Assembly (NCBI RefSeq): GCF_036321535.1
Contig: NC_087437.1
Location: forward strand, 1,922,001 to 1,986,000
DNA: 64,000 nt
Direction of reading: 5' to 3'
Source: Camelus dromedarius
Lineage: Eukaryota
This document shows, piece after piece, positions 55,642 to 64,000 of the stretch; the first letter of the stretch is position 1, and every line of letters starts with the position of its first letter. The position numbers and the translations under genes were made by a program. The notes beneath the pieces are model-generated. The model was not told the DNA's origin. It did no database searches and saw nothing but the letters and a program-made list of their open reading frames with translations.

Positions 55642-58600
55642 AGCCTTCTCCTCTTCCTCAAAGAGCTAGATAGTTATATAGACACACTAAAATTCTACTC
55701 CAACAGACAGAATTATAAATGACACACTATCTTACTGCTATGCCTCCCCACATAGATAGATAGCTAGCCAGATCGATAGAGAGGCAGGCAAATAGAGAGT
55801 CATACTAGTCGCCTCCTCCTCCGTTGGAGAGACAGACAGACACACACATAGTCTAGCTTCAACCATCCTCCAATAGATAGTCATTCAGGCAAGCAGTCAA
55901 ACAGACAGACACACTAGAGGCGGGGTGCCGTCTGGCTACGTGGTTCGGCGGCGGGGCCCGGGGAAGAGGGTGCCCCTGGTGAACCAGAGGATTTTCTCCC
56001 ATGTCCCTAGCTGCCTTGCCTCTGGGCGGCCTCCGCTAACCCAAGTTCGCCGGACGCAAGCCTTTGAAGTCAGCCTGCTCCTGGGAGCCGGCGAGGTAAG
56101 GACAGGGGAAGTGGTCAGCGGCAGACACGGAGGCGGCCCAGAACGCAAGAGGGATGCCTCGGCGAGTCGGTCATTTTCCTACCATCCCCCCTCTCCTGGC
56201 CTCGGGGCGGCCTCTGCTACCGCAGGTGTGCGGCAATTAATTCTCCTTGTCAGCCAGGTCCTGGGAGTCTGTCCAGGTGAGCCCAAGGGACACGGACGTC
56301 GCGGGGAGCGGACTGCCTCGGGTTAGCCGATCAGTTTGCTCCCATCCCCACAAGCGCCTGGCCTGGGGGCGGCCTGTCCTGCGCCAGGTTCAGAGTATGC
56401 ACGTTTCCAGCTCAGCCAGCCCACCCGAGGCCGGCGCGCTGTGATCAGGGTCTGCAATGAGAAGTCGGGGCTGACTCACCGAGCCCGTGTATTTGTTCAG
56501 ATCTCCCTCTTGGCTGGTCCTGGGCTAGGCCTCTACTACCCTAGGTCCACGAGGTGCTCATCTCTGTGTTTTTCAGCTCCGGGGAAGCGAGTGCGGGGTG
56601 GTCAGGGGGCGGGGCGGGGGCGGGGCGGGGGCGGGGCGGGGGCAGCTACAGAGAGGGCTGAAGCGGGATGCACGGGCTGCCCAGGCAAGCCTGCGGATTT
56701 CCATCCAGTGTCCCCCTCGGCCTGCAATGCGGGCGCCCTCTGCTGCTTCAGGGTGGCAATTGGCATCCCTCCAGGTGGGTCGAGTACTGGGAGGCTTCCT
56801 CCTTTAGACAGACAGAGAGACAAATAAAGAGACAGACAGACACACTAGCCTCTTCATCCATTGAGAAACAGCCGTATATCCTAACCTCCTCCTCCTCATT
56901 CATTATATAGGTAGACAGATACATATATAGACAGACACACACACACACATACACACACTAGCCTCTTCCTACTCCTCAATTAAGTAGGTAGAGAGACACA
57001 CTAATCTCCTCCTCCATTAGATAATAGATAGACAAACTTAATACATTTTTCTCCTCCTCCATTAGATAGATGGAAAGTGAGATTGACCGATACACCCAGT
57101 AGCCGCTACCTTCTCCTGTTAGAGATACCGAGAGATAGCCAGACACATGGGATTATTTCTTCTTCTCCATTTGATATAGATAGAGACACACTCACAGACA
57201 CACAGACAGACAGACACACTACTCTTCTCCTGCTCTGACAGACAGAGAGATAGACACTCTAGCCTCCTCCTTCTTCTCGAATACATACAGCTGCATAGAT
57301 AGATATCTCATATATAGACAGACAGACTTACTAGCTTACTCCTCGTCCATTCGATGCACACATAGACTGTTAGACAGACACAGTAGCCTCTTCCCCTCTT
57401 TGTTACACATACTTTGATAAAGAGACCCGCACGCACACACACACACACACACATACACACAGGCTAGCATCCTCCTCTTCCTCAAATAGGTAGATAGGGA
57501 GATAGAAACACTAAATTCCTCCTCCAACAGACACACAAATAAAAAGAAACACTTGCCTACTGCTGTGCCTGCACTACATAGGTCGATTTGTACACAGATT
57601 GATAGATACGCAGATAGATAGAGAGATAGATAGATAGAGAGGCAGGCAAATGGAGAGACATAATATTCGCCTCCTCCTCCAGTAGCTATATAGACAGACA
57701 CACACATAGTCTAGCCTCTCGCATCCTCCAATAGATAGACAATCAGCCAGGCAGTCAAACAGTCTGACACACGTGAGGCGGTGTGCAGTCTGGGGTTGGG
57801 CTTCAGCGGCGGCGACCGGGGACAGGTGTGCCACTGGCGAGCCATAGGACTTTATCCCATGTCCCTAGCTGCCTTGCCTGGGGGCGGCCCCCGCTCCCCC
57901 AAATTCGACGGACTGAAGCTTTCAAGTTAGCCTGCTCGTGGCAGCAGGCGTTGTAAGGAAAGTGGAAGAGGTGAGCGGCAGCTCCGGAAGCGGCAGAGCA
58001 TCTAAGGGGGATGCCTCGGCGAATCGGTCATTTTCCTCCCATTTCCCCCTCTCCTGGCATCGGGGCAGCCTCTGCTACCCCAGGAGTGCGGGATTTCGTT
58101 GTCCTTGTCAGCCAGGTCCTAGGAAGCTGTCGAGGTGTGCTCAGGGGACAGGGATGTCGCTTCTAGAGGACTGCCTCGGGTGAGCCGATCAGTTTGCTCC
58201 CATCTCCACAAGCGCCTGGCCTGGGGGCGGCCTCTCCTTCCCCAGGTTCCCAGTATGCATGTTTCCAGCTCAGCCTGTGCCCTTAGGCAGGCGCGGTGTT
58301 CTTAGGGGCTGCATTGAGGAGGCGGGGCTGCTCCACCGAGCCCGTGTATTTGCACAGATCTCCCCGTTGACCGGTCCTAGGGTTGGTCTCTGCTACCCTA
58401 GGTACACGATGTACACATCTCGGTGTTTTCCGGCTCCCGGGAGGCAAGTGCGGGGTGGTCAGGGGGCGGGGTGGGGGGTTGGAGTGGCGGTGGCGCCTAC
58501 ACAGAGGGAAGAAGAGGGATGCACGGGCTGTCCAGGGAAGCCTTTGGATTTCCATCCAGTGTCCCCCTCGGCGTGCAAGGAGGGCACCCTCTGCTGCTTC

Positions 58601-59309
58601 AGGGTGGGAATTGGCATCCCTCCAGCTGGGCCTAATAAAGGGAGGCTTCCTCCATTAGAGAGAGAGACAAAAAATAGACAGACAGACACACTAGCCTCTT
58701 CCTCCATTTAGAAACACCCATATGTCTTAACCTTCTCCTCCTAATCCATTATATAGGTAGACAGATACATACATAGACAGACAGACAGACAGACACACAC
58801 ACACACACACACAAACCCAAGCCCACACACAACCTTCCCTCCTACCAGTCCTCAATTAAGTAGGTAGAGAGACACACTAATCGCCTTCTCCATTAGATAA
58901 TAAACAGACAAACGGTATAGACTATTTCTACTCCTCATTTAGATAGATGGAATGTGAGACTGACGCATTCACACACTAGCCTCTACCTTCTCCTGTTAGA
59001 GAGACAGACAGATAGCCAGACACATGAAATCCTCCATCTTCTCCATTAGATATACGTAGAGAAATCTCTAAGATGCACAGAGAGACAAACACTAGTCTTC
59101 TCCTCCTCTGACAGACCGAGGGATAGATAATCAAGCCTCCTCATTCTTTTCCATTAGGTATAGTTACATACATACATATCTGATAACAGACAGCCAGACA
59201 GACATACTAGCCTACTCTTCCTCCTTCAGATACATACATAGACTGATAGACAGATACAGTAGGCTCCTCCCCCTTTAGATACAGATACATAGATAGACAT
59301 CCCCACGAG

Positions 59310-59343
<34 letters not shown>

Positions 59344-62300
59344 AGCCTTCTCCTCTTCCTCAAAGAGCTAGATAGTTATATAGACACACTAAAATTCTAC
59401 TCCAACAGACAGAATTATAAATGACACACTATCTTACTGCTATGCCTCCCCACATAGATAGATAGCTAGCCAGATCGATAGAGAGGCAGGCAAATAGAGA
59501 GTCATACTAGTCGCCTCCTCCTCCGTTGGAGAGACAGACAGACACACACATAGTCTAGCTTCAACCATCCTCCAATAGATAGTCATTCAGGCAAGCAGTC
59601 AAACAGACAGACACACTAGAGGCGGGGTGCCGTCTGGCTACGTGGTTCGGCGGCGGGGCCCGGGGAAGAGGGTGCCCCTGGTGAACCAGAGGATTTTCTC
59701 CCATGTCCCTAGCTGCCTTGCCTCTGGGCGGCCTCCGCTAACCCAAGTTCGCCGGACGCAAGCCTTTGAAGTCAGCCTGCTCCTGGGAGCCGGCGAGGTA
59801 AGGACAGGGGAAGTGGTCAGCGGCAGACACGGAGGCGGCCCAGAACGCAAGAGGGATGCCTCGGCGAGTCGGTCATTTTCCTACCATCCCCCCTCTCCTG
59901 GCCTCGGGGCGGCCTCTGCTACCGCAGGTGTGCGGCAATTAATTCTCCTTGTCAGCCAGGTCCTGGGAGTCTGTCCAGGTGAGCCCAAGGGACACGGACG
60001 TCGCGGGGAGCGGACTGCCTCGGGTTAGCCGATCAGTTTGCTCCCATCCCCTCAAGCGCCTGGCCTGGGGGCGGCCTGTCCTGCGCCAGGTTCAGAGTAT
60101 GCACGTTTCCAGCTCAGCCAGCCCACCCGAGGCCGGCGCGCTGTGATCAGGGTCTGCAATGAGAAGTCGGGGCTGACTCACCGAGCCCGTGTATTTGTTC
60201 AGATCTCCCTCTTGGCTGGTCCTGGGCTAGGCCTCTACTACCCTAGGTCCACGAGGTGCTCATCTCTGTGTTTTTCAGCTCCGGGGAAGCGAGTGCGGGG
60301 TGGTCAGGGGGCGGGGAGGGGGCGGGGCGGGGGCGGGGCGGGGGCAGCTACAGAGAGGGCTGAAGCGGGATGCACGGGCTGCCCAGGCAAGCCTGCGGAT
60401 TTCCATCCAGTGTCCCCCTCGGCCTGCAATGCGGGCGCCCTCTGCTGCTTCAGGGTGGCAATTGGCATCCCTCCAGGTGGGTCGAGTACTGGGAGGCTTC
60501 CTCCTTTAGACAGACAGAGAGACAAATAAAGAGACAGACAGACACACTAGCCTCTTCATCCATTGAGAAACAGCCGTATATCCTAACCTCCTCCTCCTCA
60601 TTCATTATATAGGTAGACAGATACATATATAGACAGACACACACACACACATACACACACTAGCCTCTTCCTACTCCTCAATTAAGTAGGGAGAGAGACA
60701 CACTAATCTCCTCCTCCATTAGATAATAGATAGACAAACTTAATACATTTTTCTCCTCCTCCATTAGATAGATGGAAAGTGAGATTGACCGATACACCCA
60801 GTAGCCGCTACCTTCTCCTGTTAGAGATACCGAGAGATAGCCAGACACATGGGATTATTTCTTCTTCTCCATTTGATATAGATAGAGACACACTCACAGA
60901 CACACAGACAGACAGACACACTACTCTTCTCCTGCTCTGACAGACAGAGAGATAGACACTCTAGCCTCCTCCTTCTTCTCGAATACATACAGCTGCATAG
61001 ATAGATATCTCATATATAGACAGACAGACTTACTAGCTTACTCCTCGTCCATTCGATGCACACAGAGACTGTTAGACAGACACAGTAGCCTCTTCCCCTC
61101 TTTGTTACACATACTTTGATAAAGAGACCCGCACGCACACACACACACACACACATACACACAGGCTAGCATCCTCCTCTTCCTCAAATAGGTAGATAGG
61201 GAGATAGAAACACTAAATTCCTCCTCCAACAGACACACAAATAAAAAGAAACACTTGCCTACTGCTGTGCCTGCACTACATAGGTCGATTTGTACACAGA
61301 TTGATAGATACGCAGATAGATAGAGAGATAGATAGATAGAGAGGCAGGCAAATGGAGAGACATAATATTCGCCTCCTCCTCCAGTAGCTATATAGACAGA
61401 CACACACATAGTCTAGCCTCTCGCATCCTCCAATAGATAGACAATCAGCCAGGCAGTCAAACAGTCTGACACACGTGAGGCGGTGTGCAGTCTGGGGTTG
61501 GGCTTCAGCGGCGGCGACCGGGGACAGGTGTGCCACTGGCGAGCCATAGGACTTTATCCCATGTCCCTAGCTGCCTTGCCTGGGGGCGGCCCCCGCTCCC
61601 CCAAATTCGACGGACTGAAGCTTTCAAGTTAGCCTGCTCGTGGCAGCAGGCGTTGTAAGGAAAGTGGAAGAGGTGAGCGGCAGCTCCGGAAGCGGCAGAG
61701 CATCTAAGGGGGATGCCTCGGCGAATCGGTCATTTTCCTCCCATTTCCCCCTCTCCTGGCATCGGGGCAGCCTCTGCTACCCCAGGAGTGCGGGATTTCG
61801 TTGTCCTTGTCAGCCAGGTCCTAGGAAGCTGTCGAGGTGTGCTCAGGGGACAGGGATGTCGCTTCTAGAGGACTGCCTCGGGTGAGCCGATCAGTTTGCT
61901 CCCATCTCCACAAGCGCCTGGCCTGGGGGCGGCCTCTCCTTCCCCAGGTTCCCAGTATGCATGTTTCCAGCTCAGCCTGTGCCCTTAGGCAGGCGCGGTG
62001 TTCTTAGGGGCTGCATTGAGGAGGCGGGGCTGCTCCACCGAGCCCGTGTATTTGCACAGATCTCCCCGTTGACCGGTCCTAGGGTTGGTCTCTGCTACCC
62101 TAGGTACACGATGTACACATCTCGGTGTTTTCCGGCTCCCGGGAGGCAAGTGCGGGGTGGTCAGGGGGCGGGGTGGGGGGTTGGAGTGGCGGTGGCGCCT
62201 ACACAGAGGGAAGAAGAGGGATGCACGGGCTGTCCAGGGAAGCCTTTGGATTTCCATCCAGTGTCCCCCTCGGCGTGCAAGGAGGGCACCCTCTGCTGCT

Positions 62301-63011
62301 TCAGGGTGGGAATTGGCATCCCTCCAGCTGGGCCTAATAAAGGGAGGCTTCCTCCATTAGAGAGAGAGACAAAAAATAGACAGACAGACACACTAGCCTC
62401 TTCCTCCATTTAGAAACACCCATATGTCTTAACCTTCTCCTCCTAATCCATTATATAGGTAGACAGATACATACATAGACAGACAGACAGACAGACACAC
62501 ACACACACACACACAAACCCAAGCCCACACACAACCTTCCCTCCTACCAGTCCTCAATTAAGTAGGTAGAGAGACACACTAATCGCCTTCTCCATTAGAT
62601 AATAAACAGACAAACGGTATAGACTATTTCTACTCCTCATTTAGATAGATGGAATGTGAGACTGACGCATTCACACACTAGCCTCTACCTTCTCCTGTTA
62701 GAGAGACAGACAGATAGCCAGACACATGAAATCCTCCATCTTCTCCATTAGATATACGTAGAGAAATCTCTAAGATGCACAGAGAGACAAACACTAGTCT
62801 TCTCCTCCTCTGACAGACCGAGGGATAGATAATCAAGCCTCCTCATTCTTTTCCATTAGGTATAGTTACATACATACATATCTGATAACAGACAGCCAGA
62901 CAGACATACTAGCCTACTCTTCCTCCTTCAGATACATACATAGACTGATAGACAGATACAGTAGGCTCCTCCCCCTTTAGATACAGATACATAGATAGAC
63001 ATCCCCACGAG

Positions 63012-63045
<34 letters not shown>

Positions 63046-64000
63046 AGCCTTCTCCTCTTCCTCAAAGAGCTAGATAGTTATATAGACACACTAAAATTCT
63101 ACTCCAACAGACAGAATTATAAATGACACACTATCTTACTGCTATGCCTCCCCACATAGATAGATAGCTAGCCAGATCGATAGAGAGGCAGGCAAATAGA
63201 GAGTCATACTAGTCGCCTCCTCCTCCGTTGGAGAGACAGACAGACACACACATAGTCTAGCTTCAACCATCCTCCAATAGATAGTCATTCAGGCAAGCAG
63301 TCAAACAGACAGACACACTAGAGGCGGGGTGCCGTCTGGCTACGTGGTTCGGCGGCGGGGCCCGGGGAAGAGGGTGCCCCTGGTGAACCAGAGGATTTTC
63401 TCCCATGTCCCTAGCTGCCTTGCCTCTGGGCGGCCTCCGCTAACCCAAGTTCGCCGGACGCAAGCCTTTGAAGTCAGCCTGCTCCTGGGAGCCGGCGAGG
63501 TAAGGACAGGGGAAGTGGTCAGCGGCAGACACGGAGGCGGCCCAGAACGCAAGAGGGATGCCTCGGCGAGTCGGTCATTTTCCTACCATCCCCCCTCTCC
63601 TGGCCTCGGGGCGGCCTCTGCTACCGCAGGTGTGCGGCAATTAATTCTCCTTGTCAGCCAGGTCCTGGGAGTCTGTCCAGGTGAGCCCAAGGGACACGGA
63701 CGTCGCGGGGAGCGGACTGCCTCGGGTTAGCCGATCAGTTTGCTCCCATCCCCACAAGCGCCTGGCCTGGGGGCGGCCTGTCCTGCGCCAGGTTCAGAGT
63801 ATGCACGTTTCCAGCTCAGCCAGCCCACCCGAGGCCGGCGCGCTGTGATCAGGGTCTGCAATGAGAAGTCGGGGCTGACTCACCGAGCCCGTGTATTTGT
63901 TCAGATCTCCCTCTTGGCTGGTCCTGGGCTAGGCCTCTACTACCCTAGGTCCACGAGGTGCTCATCTCTGTGTTTTTCAGCTCCGGGGAAGCGAGTGCGG

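Larger units (their letters stand above)
4443..64000 (+). repeat. Tandem macrosatellite array, ~3.7 kb unit, head-to-tail, open at the window end
   Basis: Unit starts (gaggcggggtgccgtctggctac): 7782, 11453, 15161, 18860, 22564, 26257, 29963, 33666, 37374, 41076, 44790, 48498, 52199, 55917, 59619, 63321; lengths 3671-3718 bp. The ORF track repeats at the same period. Units from 11453 on differ only by a few SNVs and microsatellite lengths. Confidence 0.99.

Overview
Non-coding mammalian genomic DNA; no protein-coding gene, rRNA, tRNA or CRISPR array is supported. Bases 1-4444 are an AT-rich flank of decayed interspersed repeats (L1 ORF2 fragment on +, older L1 ORF1/5' fragment on -, L2 tail, MIR-like piece, LTR 3' part). 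Its first 370 bp recur 4.07 kb later, indicating an old duplication. At ~4443 that second copy is cut off and a head-to-tail macrosatellite begins and runs off the window end (~59.5 kb): one truncated, degenerate edge unit, 15 complete units of 3671-3718 bp and a partial 16th. The array is nested at several scales. Each 3.7 kb unit is a dimer of diverged ~1.85 kb monomers (A, B). Each monomer has a ~0.9 kb CpG-island-like half made of five degenerate 158-206 bp subunits and a ~0.95 kb half of ~40-55 bp (CCT)n/(GATA,GACA,CA)n minisatellite units. Shared variants show nascent 2-unit (~7.4 kb) and 3-unit (~11.1 kb) periodicity. Every monomer A carries a near-consensus CTCF motif in the same orientation beside a GC-box/G4 cluster, which suggests (inference only) a DXZ4-like architectural macrosatellite. 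Species and repeat family could not be identified; TE family names are recognised from memory, and identities are by-eye estimates.
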